Made by a program: the position numbers and the translations under genes. A stretch of DNA of 64,000 nt from Bacteroidia bacterium (GTDB lineage: Bacteria > Bacteroidota > Bacteroidia > Bacteroidales > CAJPTX01). The notes beneath the pieces were generated by a model. The model was given only the letters and a program-made list of their open reading frames with translations. It was not told the origin of the DNA and searched no databases. Shown piece by piece: positions 27,682-37,195 of this stretch. The stretch spans positions 16,852 to 80,851 of the forward strand of contig CAJPTC010000007.1 in the NCBI GenBank assembly GCA_905373475.1, written 5' to 3'. Within the stretch, counting starts at the first letter, position 1, and each line of letters begins with the position of its first letter.

Positions 27682-29370
27682 ATGCGCGAGCTGGACTGGT
27701 CGAGTGCTACGGGGATCAGCGATCTGTTTCGTATCGCATTTTCGCAATGCTGGGAACGAGTCGCTTTTACTGAGGCCGACGGGACAGATGTCCACTATGA
27801 GGATTTGGCGTATAAGGTAGATCAACTGCACCAACTTTTCCGTCGCGCAGGGCTACAAGCTGGCGACAGAGTAGCTCTACTGGGGTACAATAGCGCACAC
27901 TGGGCGGCTGTTTATATCGCCACCATCACTTACGGAGCAATTATAGTTCCGCTACCCGAGGATGTAAAGGATCGGGGACTTTATCGGATTCTAGAACACG
28001 CTGAGGCAAAACTCCTTTTTGTGAGTGAACAGATCTGGGAAGAACTCAATGAGTTTTACCTTGCCAATCTTGAGGCTATAATCTGTTTACAAAATTGGCA
28101 GATTTTTAATACCCAAAATCCGCTTTTACACGAGTGGGAACATATTCAGGCGGCAGCTCCAAAACGCGAAAAGGCATGGCTATTTTCGCGGATGGAGAAG
28201 TATTTCCAGCACAGCCCCGAGACGCCCATTACGCTCTCCTATTCATCGGGAACTACGGGAACACCCAAAGGTGTTCTACTTGCCATGCGGAGTTTTGTAC
28301 ACAACATGCATTGCGCGCGTAAGGAAGTACTCCTCGCTGTTGGCGATCCATTAGTAGCCTCTTTACCCTTCTCACATATCTATGGTCAGGTCTTTGAACT
28401 CTTATATGGTTTCCTGAGTGGTGCACATACCTATATGTTATCAAGCTCCCCGTCTGTCTCTGCAATGAGCGAAGCCTTTATACACTATCGTCCCCGCCTA
28501 ATCCAGATTGTGCCAGGTATTTTCGAGCGCATTTTCAAGTCGGTTGTTTCTACGCGGTGGCAACGCCCACTCCCCCATTTCCTGCTCTCATTGCCATTGT
28601 TAGGTTCGTTCCTTCGCGCACGGCTACGAAAACAGCTGGATCGCTTATTTGGCAATAATTTCATGACTGTGGTGCTTGGCGGCACGCTCCTCAACCCTGT
28701 GATAGAAGATTTTTTGCACTTCATAGATTTCCGTTACTCGCTAGGGTATGGACTTACCGAGAGTGCCGCTTTGGTAACCTATCGCCCCGTATCCGCCAGT
28801 AAAACGCGGACTGTAGGACGCCCCATCGAGGGGATGGAGGTTGCAATTCGCGATACCGACTTTACGGGAGTAGGTACTGTTTTTATTCGGGGCGTTAATT
28901 TGATGCTCGGTTATTTCAAAGATGCCGTTGAAACTCGATCTAGTTTTGACGATCAGGGCTGGTTTAATACAGGCGATCTTGGCTACATGGATAAGAACAA
29001 TTACCTTTACGTTAAGGGACGGAGGGAAAATGCGTTGCGTCTGGAAAGTGGCGCACTTGTCTCGCCTGAGGAATTGGAAAGCCTGATGAATACAATGCCG
29101 CATGTGCAAGACTCATTAGTCGTAGAGCGCGACGGAGAATTGGTAATACTTGTGCAACCTACACAAGAAGCCAGTACGAGAAAGCGCCTAAGCGAGGCTG
29201 AATTATTCTTCCTGATGGAACGAAACCGAGAGCGGTTGAATGCACAGCTGAGTGCGCCTGTGCGGCTGGCGCGTGTGCAGATCCAATACCAGCCTTTTGA
29301 GTTAACCATGAAACAGAATATACGCCGCCAAGCGTATCTGAAAGCAGATTTGAGTAGAGGACAGAACTAA
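27682..29370 (+). CDS. AMP-dependent synthetase/ligase (long-chain acyl-CoA ligase-like)
   Basis: 562 aa. AMP-binding signature LSYSSGTTGTPKGV, later GYGLTES and GWFNTGDLG. Confidence 0.85.
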   Translation: MRELDWSSATGISDLFRIAFSQCWERVAFTEADGTDVHYEDLAYKVDQLHQLFRRAGLQAGDRVALLGYNSAHWAAVYIATITYGAIIVPLPEDVKDRGLYRILEHAEAKLLFVSEQIWEELNEFYLANLEAIICLQNWQIFNTQNPLLHEWEHIQAAAPKREKAWLFSRMEKYFQHSPETPITLSYSSGTTGTPKGVLLAMRSFVHNMHCARKEVLLAVGDPLVASLPFSHIYGQVFELLYGFLSGAHTYMLSSSPSVSAMSEAFIHYRPRLIQIVPGIFERIFKSVVSTRWQRPLPHFLLSLPLLGSFLRARLRKQLDRLFGNNFMTVVLGGTLLNPVIEDFLHFIDFRYSLGYGLTESAALVTYRPVSASKTRTVGRPIEGMEVAIRDTDFTGVGTVFIRGVNLMLGYFKDAVETRSSFDDQGWFNTGDLGYMDKNNYLYVKGRRENALRLESGALVSPEELESLMNTMPHVQDSLVVERDGELVILVQPTQEASTRKRLSEAELFFLMERNRERLNAQLSAPVRLARVQIQYQPFELTMKQNIRRQAYLKADLSRGQN

Positions 29371-29456
29371 ACGTTCTGTTACTGCTCCCCTGATTCTTCT
29401 GTGTATGATTTGAGAGAGAATAAACGTTAATAGGAAATAAGGAAAGGTTTTGAGAA

Positions 29457-30524
29457 ATGAGAGTAGGAAGAATATTACTCCTTGGGCTGTTTGTCAGCGG
29501 ACTAGGCATGTCTGCTGCATTCGCACAGCCTGCGGACGGGCATGCGGATTATTCCGATGATGCTACAAACGGTTACAAACGGGCAGATAAGACTACACCT
29601 GCCAACATCTCGTATCAAACAGAGGGGAAGACACTGCCATATTATGTAGCTCCAAGCAAGATTTCACACCCAGCCTTGAGTATACCTCGTAATGTCTTGG
29701 TATTTACTCCAAGTGATTTACATGCGACATGGAAATGGACAGAGAACGGAACAACCTTTTTGACTCTCCCTGCGGGTTCTCAAGCAGATAACAAAGCCGA
29801 CATTACGGTCAATACCCCAGGGACTGCCAATGTTGAAGTAGTTGAGGTAAGCCCAGATTGTGGAGATGGAGCTATGTCCAAAATCCAGATTATTGGTACA
29901 GGGAAGCCTAAATTAAAAGTCCTTAGTGCAGAACTGGTTACTGTTGGAACAATTACTGCAGCTGCAACTACTGGGACTAATGTGATTCCTGCTGCGCAGA
30001 GTATGAAGGGTTTCATGTACTCCACCTGCGATATCTCAAAAGTAAATGGGAAATCTGTTAAACTGACCTTGCAGTCAACAGAAGATAATCTTCCCGTTGC
30101 AGATGTATTACGTAAGTATTCATTTACCGTCAACTGTGTTATATATCGCCATAAAAACGATGGTACATATACTATTGATGGAGCGAGCACGGCATCTATT
30201 GATCATAACTCAGCAAATAAAGCATTTGTAGACGGAGCAACGGGCTCTGATTTTACTGTTACTATTCCAGCAATCACAGCTCCTGATCCTGTACAAAATG
30301 AAGACTATGTGGATGTGATCTTCTACCTCGGAGGTTCTGAAGGTCGCGACGGCGTGGCATCTTCTATATCTCATCGTTCAGACAATCCGCTTACAGCGGG
30401 CTTTACAACGGCTAATATTACAAGCTACCCATACGATAAGACCAATGACGAATTGTTCGCAATGGTACGCTTAACCGACAAGCCGAAGACTGGTCCTATC
30501 TATCATATTCCTTACAACTACTAG
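29457..30524 (+). CDS. Secreted protein of unknown function
   Basis: 355 aa. Signal peptide ending AFAQP. T/S/N-rich beta composition. No family recognised. Confidence 0.6.
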   Translation: MRVGRILLLGLFVSGLGMSAAFAQPADGHADYSDDATNGYKRADKTTPANISYQTEGKTLPYYVAPSKISHPALSIPRNVLVFTPSDLHATWKWTENGTTFLTLPAGSQADNKADITVNTPGTANVEVVEVSPDCGDGAMSKIQIIGTGKPKLKVLSAELVTVGTITAAATTGTNVIPAAQSMKGFMYSTCDISKVNGKSVKLTLQSTEDNLPVADVLRKYSFTVNCVIYRHKNDGTYTIDGASTASIDHNSANKAFVDGATGSDFTVTIPAITAPDPVQNEDYVDVIFYLGGSEGRDGVASSISHRSDNPLTAGFTTANITSYPYDKTNDELFAMVRLTDKPKTGPIYHIPYNY

Positions 30525-30622
30525 TGTAAGAACAGAAGCGGACGTGTGGCTGCCTGACGAAACCCGTCGGGCAGCCGTGCGCCCCTCATTTTTCGCAGAA
30601 AACGAAGTGTAGTAAATTGTCC

Positions 30623-31843
30623 ATGTCGCAGATCGTGAAGCCCCGAGAACTCGCATTCTTGCTCTTCATTCTATTCTTCCTCTTGCCGCAGGCGCAAGCA
30701 GGAACACGGAAGGATCTGCGTAAGCCCCGAGCTTTTCAAGAACCAGAATGGGGTGCGCCACAAGAACAGCTACCCAGTGTATGCTATGGCGATAAGCAGA
30801 AATATGGAGTAAAGGGAGAAAACGGGACGGCAACCTTCATCTGGACTGCCTATACCTTCCTATCCAATGGCACACGTGTAGATGTGGCGCTTAGCGATAT
30901 TGCACTTCTCAATCCGCGCGGCGATAGTATCGCTATTACTTGGAAAGACAAGGACAATGCGAACGTTGGGGGTATCTATACTATCGAAGTGGTGCAACAG
31001 ACCGCCTGTGGGCTCAGTATGCCCTATAAAACCGACATTGTAGTCAATACAAGCGATATGCTTGTGCGAAAGGAATTCGTAGAATTCTGTGAAAACGAAC
31101 CGCCTTTCAAGATTGATTTTTCTAAACTTCCCACCTTCCAAGACGCTACGCGCCTCTACATTCACCCCTCAAGTTCTCCGCTTTCCTCGCCCGATCTTAC
31201 TGTTACCGATACGGTAACCCAAAGAGTAAGATATTACTTGCCAGACTATTCTTGTGCATACGCTGGCGTAAAGGCGGTTCTGATTCCGCCGCCAAGTTTC
31301 GACCTCGGACCAGATATTGCTATCCGCGACGACGACGAACATCAAATAGACGTTTATAACCCTTCGTTTACCAAATACGAGTGGTCTACCGATAATACCA
31401 CCGCCGCATGGTGGGCATACGTTACCTCCAACACCTCGAGCATTACTCTGCATGGCTACGATGGTAGTCAGTTCATACGCCTAAAAGTTACCAATGAGGC
31501 GGGGTGTTCTTCTACCGATTCTATTCAGGTGACGGCGCTTGCCGAAACACTGTTGCGCATACCAGCTGCTTTCACGCCCAATGGCGACGGAATAAACGAT
31601 ACGTGGGAACTAGGGGTAGATCCTACCGCGCGTCACCCTTCGACGATTCCCGAGGTTACCGAAGTCCGTGTTTACGACCGTTGGGGCTCGCTCGTATGGT
31701 ATAAAAATGACGGCTATGAGCCATGGGATGGGGTAGATATGCGGGGACGTATTCTGCCCGTCGATTCGTATCATTACGAGATCGTTTACATTGAGGGCAA
31801 CGAACAGAAGCTCGCACGAGGCTCTGTTACCATAGTACGTTAG
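30623..31843 (+). CDS. T9SS type-B sorting domain (gliding-motility-associated C-terminal domain) protein
   Basis: C-terminal RIPAAFTPNGDGINDTWEL ... GSVTIVR is the type-B CTD signature. Signal peptide ending AQA. ATG 30623 preferred over TTG 30617. Confidence 0.85.
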   Translation: MSQIVKPRELAFLLFILFFLLPQAQAGTRKDLRKPRAFQEPEWGAPQEQLPSVCYGDKQKYGVKGENGTATFIWTAYTFLSNGTRVDVALSDIALLNPRGDSIAITWKDKDNANVGGIYTIEVVQQTACGLSMPYKTDIVVNTSDMLVRKEFVEFCENEPPFKIDFSKLPTFQDATRLYIHPSSSPLSSPDLTVTDTVTQRVRYYLPDYSCAYAGVKAVLIPPPSFDLGPDIAIRDDDEHQIDVYNPSFTKYEWSTDNTTAAWWAYVTSNTSSITLHGYDGSQFIRLKVTNEAGCSSTDSIQVTALAETLLRIPAAFTPNGDGINDTWELGVDPTARHPSTIPEVTEVRVYDRWGSLVWYKNDGYEPWDGVDMRGRILPVDSYHYEIVYIEGNEQKLARGSVTIVR

Positions 31844-31861
31844 AAGGAGGGGGAAGGTGAG

Positions 31862-32890
31862 ATGAAAAAAACAAAAGGCGCTATTTCTTTGCACAGTCTC
31901 CTTCTTTGCCTCGTTTGTATCCTTTTCGCCTTTATGGGGGAAAGTTACGCGCAGCAGCAAATTGTATATAATCAGTATCTACAGAACCCCTACTACGTGA
32001 ACCCCGCCTTTTCGGGTACGGATGGCATTACAGAGTTTGTACTATTAGCCCGCGAGCAATGGATAGGCTACAAGGATCGTCCGCGTACCTATTCTTTGAA
32101 CTTCCAGATGAACCTCCTAGACAATCCTGTTTTAGGCACGCCTCTTGAGACCAAAAGCGTGCGACGCGGCTCATCTGCGCGTACTACGAATGAGATTTTC
32201 AGAAACGCGAGTATGGGCGTAGCGGGGACGTTAATAAACGACGTAAACGGGCGCGTACGTCGTACTGGGATACAAGCTTCCTATTCGTACCAAATCCTCG
32301 CAGGAGACTGGATGTTAGCCGCAGGACTCGGGATGTCGTTCATGCAGTACAAGGTGAATGTATTACCCACAGACCTTTTTGATATTCGTGTTGACGACCC
32401 ACTTATTACGGCAGGTAAGCCCATCAAGGGCTATGCTCCCGATTTTAATATCGGTTTCGCCGTCTCCAATGGACGCTATTGGGGGGGGCTCTCCGTCACC
32501 TCCTTGCTACAGAATTCATTGCAATTCGGCACATACAACGAGAAGAACGTTTATCGCCAATTAACTCAACTCTACTTTCTGAGTGGGTACAAGATAGAAC
32601 TGCGCCGTGGTGTAATATTCGAGCCTTCTGCCATGCTTACGCTCAATGGGCGCACACAATGGACGGCAGATATTAACTTCAAGGTTGAATCCGAACACAG
32701 GTTCTGGGGCGCAGTAGGTTACCGCACGCTTTCAGACATTACAGTCTCTGGGGGTGTTCGCTACAATCGGCTCACATTTGGTTACGCCTTTAGCTATACA
32801 GTGGCAGGTCCAGAAGTCATTGGCAAGTACGGTACGCACGAACTGATGGTAGGTTTTCGTGTAGCCCCTCGAAAGCTAGAGAATAAATAG
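31862..32890 (+). CDS. PorP/SprF-family T9SS outer-membrane protein
   Basis: 342 aa. N-terminal AQQQIVYNQYLQNPYYVNPAFSG family signature. Beta-barrel-like remainder. Starts 18 nt after the type-B CTD gene. Confidence 0.85.
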   Translation: MKKTKGAISLHSLLLCLVCILFAFMGESYAQQQIVYNQYLQNPYYVNPAFSGTDGITEFVLLAREQWIGYKDRPRTYSLNFQMNLLDNPVLGTPLETKSVRRGSSARTTNEIFRNASMGVAGTLINDVNGRVRRTGIQASYSYQILAGDWMLAAGLGMSFMQYKVNVLPTDLFDIRVDDPLITAGKPIKGYAPDFNIGFAVSNGRYWGGLSVTSLLQNSLQFGTYNEKNVYRQLTQLYFLSGYKIELRRGVIFEPSAMLTLNGRTQWTADINFKVESEHRFWGAVGYRTLSDITVSGGVRYNRLTFGYAFSYTVAGPEVIGKYGTHELMVGFRVAPRKLENK

Positions 32891-33039
32891 ATTTTTCTCA
32901 CCCTAGTTCGCCCTAGGGACAACGCATTGCAATTTACGTTACCAAACGAGATTTGCATCCGTTACGTTATGACCTCCAGATTACACACTGCACTGGGAAA
33001 TTGGTGCAACATCGTTTATCCGAAGTAAGTAAGACATGC

Positions 33040-33067
33040 GCACTACGGAACTCGTAGTGCCTTTTTC
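33040..33067 (+). terminator. Possible terminator downstream of the PorP/SprF gene
   Basis: Stem GCACTACG / CGTAGTGC (33040-33047 / 33053-33060) followed by CTTTTTC. Lies about 150 nt after the stop codon. Confidence 0.4.
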
Positions 33068-33151
33068 GCGCCTCTTAGCGGTAACGTTATATGACACACC
33101 AAATCTAAAATTTGCGCTTAATTTGCGCCCCTACTTAATTCCTATTCTATT

Positions 33152-35560
33152 TTGATTACTTATCCGCAAGATTTTGAAGTACGTACTGGTTTTGCTCAAG
33201 TACGCGCCGAGGTACAAGAATTGGCCGTAACGAATACAGCTAAACAACGCATAGCGGCAGCCTCTTTTTCAACCGCCCTTGATGCGATCGAACAGAACCT
33301 ACACTTGCTACGTGAACTGAAAGAATATCTACTTTTCCATGCGCTGAGTGAAGAGTATTTCGTAGACCTCACCGAACTCCTCCTCATTTTAGCACAACCT
33401 GAGCGTAGTCTCCGCGAAGAAGATTTTGCGACGCTACGAACTGCACTCCATTCCGTTCTATTCCTCCAGTCAATATTTGGCGAAGGGCAGGAAGTACAGA
33501 ATCTGCACAGGCTTGTTACTAAGGGCGAAGTGCCCGATGAGGTGCGCCGTGAAATAGATGCAGTACTCGACCGAACAGGGCATCTGAAAGATAATGCCTC
33601 GCCCGAATTACAACAGATCCGGAGCCAGTTAAATGCAAAGGCGAACCGTGTTTCGCGGAAGATGGAGGAGCTATTAGCCCGTTGTCAACGCGATGGATAT
33701 TCCGACGCCAATGCACAAGTTATGGTTCGCGATGGGCGCTTGGTACTCCCTATTGCAGCGCAACATAAACGGAAAATACCCTCCTTACAGTTAGGAGCTT
33801 CTTCAACAGGACAAACACTCTTTGTTACCCCATTTGAAGTCCTCGAACTAGAGAACGAAATCACAGAACTCGAGCAACGAGAACAAGCCGAAATAGCGCG
33901 CATTCTGTTAGAATTGACCGATCGCTGTCGTCCGTATCTCACGCCTCTCGCTTCTTGTTGCGAACTCCTTCTATCAACAGACGTCCTACGTGCCAAGACG
34001 CTTTATGCCTTACAAGTTGGGGGGAGTTGCCCGATACTTTCGCACGAGCGCCAATTGGTTTTGCGCGAGGCACAGCACCCCGTACTTCTAAAACGCATGC
34101 AACGTGTAGGCACAGCTCCCGTTCCGCTTACTCTTTCATTAACCCCTACACAACGCGTCGTGGTGATTTCTGGTCCTAATGCTGGAGGTAAATCTGTGGC
34201 ATTGCAGACGGTAGCACTAGCCGTCTATATGTTGCAATGTGGCTTTCTACCGCTGGTCAAAGAAAACAGCGAGATGTGCCTCTTTGAAAACCTCCTACTA
34301 GATATCGGCGATGCGCAATCTATAGAGAATGATTTATCTACGTATAGTTCGCATCTCAAATCTATGAGGTTCTTTACAGAGCATGCGAATCCCAAAACGC
34401 TTTTTTTGGTCGATGAGATGGGTTCTGGCACAGAACCAACAGCTGGCGGAGCTATTGCAGAGGCTACTCTCAACGCGCTATACCAACAGGGCGCATACGG
34501 CATAGTCACTACGCACTATGCTTGTATAAAAAATTTGGCAACGCGAACAGAAGGAATGCAGAATGCCTCTATGCGCTACAATCTAGATACTCTTTCGCCG
34601 CTCTATGTGCTTGACATGGGCGCTCCTGGTAGTAGTTATGCCTTTGAAATTGCGCACAAAATGGGTCTAGCCGACTCGGTGATTCGGGAGGCAGAAGTAC
34701 TTGCAGGGAAGGAGTATATCAGTCTCGAAGAACAATTACGTCTGGCAGTCGCCGAGCGCCGTGCTTTAGATATAAAGACACAAGAGGTAGAGGAGCTTCG
34801 GGCAGAGAGCGCCGCGTTACGCGAAAAATTAGCCTCCGAACAAGCCTCTATTGCCGAACGAAGACAGAAGATATTGGCAGAGGCACGACGTCAAGCGCAA
34901 GAAATGCTACGCGATTGTAATAGGACGATCGAGGAGACGGTACGCTTGATAAAAGAGAGCAATGCCGACAAGGAAACGACAAAGCGTGTACGCGACGAAT
35001 TGAAATTCTACCAATCGTTTGTAGAATCGGAGGCAAAAACAGAGGCAAAAGAGGTGAAAAAGGAAGTAGCACAAACACCCGAAATAACAGTGGGTGCTAC
35101 TGTGCGCGTAATGAATGGCACAACTACGGGACAAGTTGTTAATGTGAAAGGAAAAAAAATTGTAGTGGCAGTGGGACAAGTTATGACCACGCTCAACCTT
35201 TCGGATGTGCAACTCGTAGGGACTGGGAAAGGAGCGCAACAAGCAACAACAAGCCCACAAGGGCGGATGACGCGAAGTATCACGCCACAGAGTTCGATGC
35301 GACAACGACGGCTAAACTTTTCGCCCAATCTCGATATCCGCGGCATGCGAGGCGATGAAGCCATGGATTTAGTAAGGCATTTCCTAGATGATGCACAGAT
35401 GTTCAACATCCCGTTTGTAAGCATACTCCATGGTAAGGGGACTGGCATACTGCGCAATCTGTTGCACGACTATCTGCGTCATGCTTCTTTTGTAGATAGC
35501 TTTACGAACACCTCTCCCACTTGCGGCGACAGTGGCATTACCGAAGTATACCTAAAGTAA
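33152..35560 (+). CDS. mutS2: Endonuclease MutS2 (MutS domain V ATPase + Smr)
   Basis: 802 aa. Walker A GPNAGGKSV, DEMGSGTEP, long K/E coiled coil. C-terminal Smr domain LDIRGMRGDEA...LHGKGTGILR. TTG start. Confidence 0.93.
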   Translation: MITYPQDFEVRTGFAQVRAEVQELAVTNTAKQRIAAASFSTALDAIEQNLHLLRELKEYLLFHALSEEYFVDLTELLLILAQPERSLREEDFATLRTALHSVLFLQSIFGEGQEVQNLHRLVTKGEVPDEVRREIDAVLDRTGHLKDNASPELQQIRSQLNAKANRVSRKMEELLARCQRDGYSDANAQVMVRDGRLVLPIAAQHKRKIPSLQLGASSTGQTLFVTPFEVLELENEITELEQREQAEIARILLELTDRCRPYLTPLASCCELLLSTDVLRAKTLYALQVGGSCPILSHERQLVLREAQHPVLLKRMQRVGTAPVPLTLSLTPTQRVVVISGPNAGGKSVALQTVALAVYMLQCGFLPLVKENSEMCLFENLLLDIGDAQSIENDLSTYSSHLKSMRFFTEHANPKTLFLVDEMGSGTEPTAGGAIAEATLNALYQQGAYGIVTTHYACIKNLATRTEGMQNASMRYNLDTLSPLYVLDMGAPGSSYAFEIAHKMGLADSVIREAEVLAGKEYISLEEQLRLAVAERRALDIKTQEVEELRAESAALREKLASEQASIAERRQKILAEARRQAQEMLRDCNRTIEETVRLIKESNADKETTKRVRDELKFYQSFVESEAKTEAKEVKKEVAQTPEITVGATVRVMNGTTTGQVVNVKGKKIVVAVGQVMTTLNLSDVQLVGTGKGAQQATTSPQGRMTRSITPQSSMRQRRLNFSPNLDIRGMRGDEAMDLVRHFLDDAQMFNIPFVSILHGKGTGILRNLLHDYLRHASFVDSFTNTSPTCGDSGITEVYLK

Positions 35561-35691
35561 CGGGGAAAGACTCAATATAACCACGCATTTTGTTCCTCTT
35601 TGCGCCACGAATACGGAATAAAATACTAACTTCGAAGATGTGCGGACAGGGTATGAGGGGGATGTATAAATAACTTAGGAGGTTCATTATC

Positions 35692-37065
35692 ATGGAATTA
35701 CCATTTTCTGAGTCGTACCGTATTAAGATGGTTGAGCCAATAAAGAAAAGCACGCGGGCAGAGCGTGAAAAATGGCTCAAGAAGGCACACTACAACGTAT
35801 TCCAACTGGAAGCAGAGGAAGTATTTATCGATCTGTTAACCGATTCGGGCACAGGCGCTATGAGCGATCGGCAATGGTCTGCGCTCATGATGGGCGATGA
35901 GAGCTACGCAGGCTCTCGCTCGTTTTTCAAATTTAAGGAAACGGTAACTCGCATTACAGGCTTCTCCTTGGTTTTGCCTACGCATCAAGGACGTGCTGCA
36001 GAGAATGTATTCTTCTCGGCTACCGTAAAGAAAGACGCTGTTGTACCTGGCAATTCGCATTTTGATACCACCAAAGGTCACATAGAATCGCGTGGTGCTA
36101 TCGCACTAGACTGCACAATTGACGAAGCAAAGGACACGCAGCTCGAGATCCCATTCAAGGGGAATGTTGACCTCAAGAAGTTGGAAAAGGCTCTGAAAGA
36201 ATATAAGGATCGGATTCCGTTTGTTATCGTAACCTGCACAAACAACACGGCGGGTGGGCAACCTGTAAGCATGGAAAACATCCGCGAAGTGGCTCGCTTA
36301 TCGCACTCCTACGGAATTCGGGTTGTGATAGACTCTGCGCGTTTTGCAGAGAACGCCTACTTCATTAAGATGCGCGAAAAGGGCTACAACAAAAAGAGCA
36401 TCAAAGAGATCTGTCTGGAGATGTTCTCACACGTAGACGGTATGACGATGAGTGCGAAGAAGGATGCCATAGTTAACATGGGAGGCTTCTTTGCTACAAA
36501 GCATGAGGATTGGTTTGAGGCAAGCAAGGTATTTTGTATTGTAAATGAGGGCTATATAACGTATGGCGGCATGAACGGTCGCGATATGGAGGCTTTGGCA
36601 GTTGGTCTGGACGAGAATACGGAGTTTGACAATCTGGATACACGTATCCGTCAGGTGGAATACCTAGGAAAGAAGCTCGATGAATACGGAATACCCTATC
36701 AGCGTCCCGCTGGAGGGCACGCTATCTTCGTTGATGCTCCACGCATCCTAACACACGTCCCCAAGGAAGAGTTCCCTGCACAAACGTTAACGATAGAACT
36801 GTACCTCGAGGCAGGCATTCGTGGCTGTGAAATCGGCTACATTCTTGCCGACCGTGACCCCAAGACCAAAGAAAACAGGTTCGGAGGACTAGATTTGTTG
36901 CGTCTGGCTATCCCGCGTCGCACCTACACCAACAACCATATGGATGTGGTGGCTGCTGCCCTTAAGAATGTATACGACCGGCGTGAAACAATAACACGCG
37001 GCGTAAAGATTACATGGGAAGCACCCATAATGCGCCATTTCACGGTACAGTTGGAAAGACTATAG
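35692..37065 (+). CDS. tnaA: Beta-eliminating lyase: tryptophanase / tyrosine phenol-lyase family
   Basis: 457 aa. FIDLLTDSGTGAMSDRQWSALMMGDESYAGS. PLP-lysine motif MSAKKDAIVNMGG. AGGAGG Shine-Dalgarno-like sequence 8 nt upstream. Substrate (Trp versus Tyr) is not resolvable by eye. Confidence 0.85.
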   Translation: MELPFSESYRIKMVEPIKKSTRAEREKWLKKAHYNVFQLEAEEVFIDLLTDSGTGAMSDRQWSALMMGDESYAGSRSFFKFKETVTRITGFSLVLPTHQGRAAENVFFSATVKKDAVVPGNSHFDTTKGHIESRGAIALDCTIDEAKDTQLEIPFKGNVDLKKLEKALKEYKDRIPFVIVTCTNNTAGGQPVSMENIREVARLSHSYGIRVVIDSARFAENAYFIKMREKGYNKKSIKEICLEMFSHVDGMTMSAKKDAIVNMGGFFATKHEDWFEASKVFCIVNEGYITYGGMNGRDMEALAVGLDENTEFDNLDTRIRQVEYLGKKLDEYGIPYQRPAGGHAIFVDAPRILTHVPKEEFPAQTLTIELYLEAGIRGCEIGYILADRDPKTKENRFGGLDLLRLAIPRRTYTNNHMDVVAAALKNVYDRRETITRGVKITWEAPIMRHFTVQLERL

Positions 37066-37083
37066 ATTTATAGGAACTTTGTA

Positions 37084-37119
37084 AGCGGATAACGGAGCAT
37101 CCGTTGTCCGCTTTTTTTG
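37084..37119 (+). terminator. Rho-independent terminator after the lyase gene
   Basis: 13-bp stem AGCGGATAACGGA / TCCGTTGTCCGCT (one G-U pair), 3-nt loop, then TTTTTTT. Confidence 0.8.
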
Positions 37120-37195
37120 TCGTAAAAAAAAATTAACCGCGAGTCTTGTGGCAGCCGCATACGTCGTTGCAAGACTTCCAAATAGGGGATTGGGT

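Noticed and set aside
35638-35673. An 11-codon upstream ORF (MCGQGMRGMYK) ahead of the tryptophanase-family gene, as a possible TnaC-like leader peptide.
   Set aside because: It has no Trp codon, which is essential in the enterobacterial TnaC mechanism. It has no ribosome-binding sequence and no rut-like spacer. It is probably a chance ORF.
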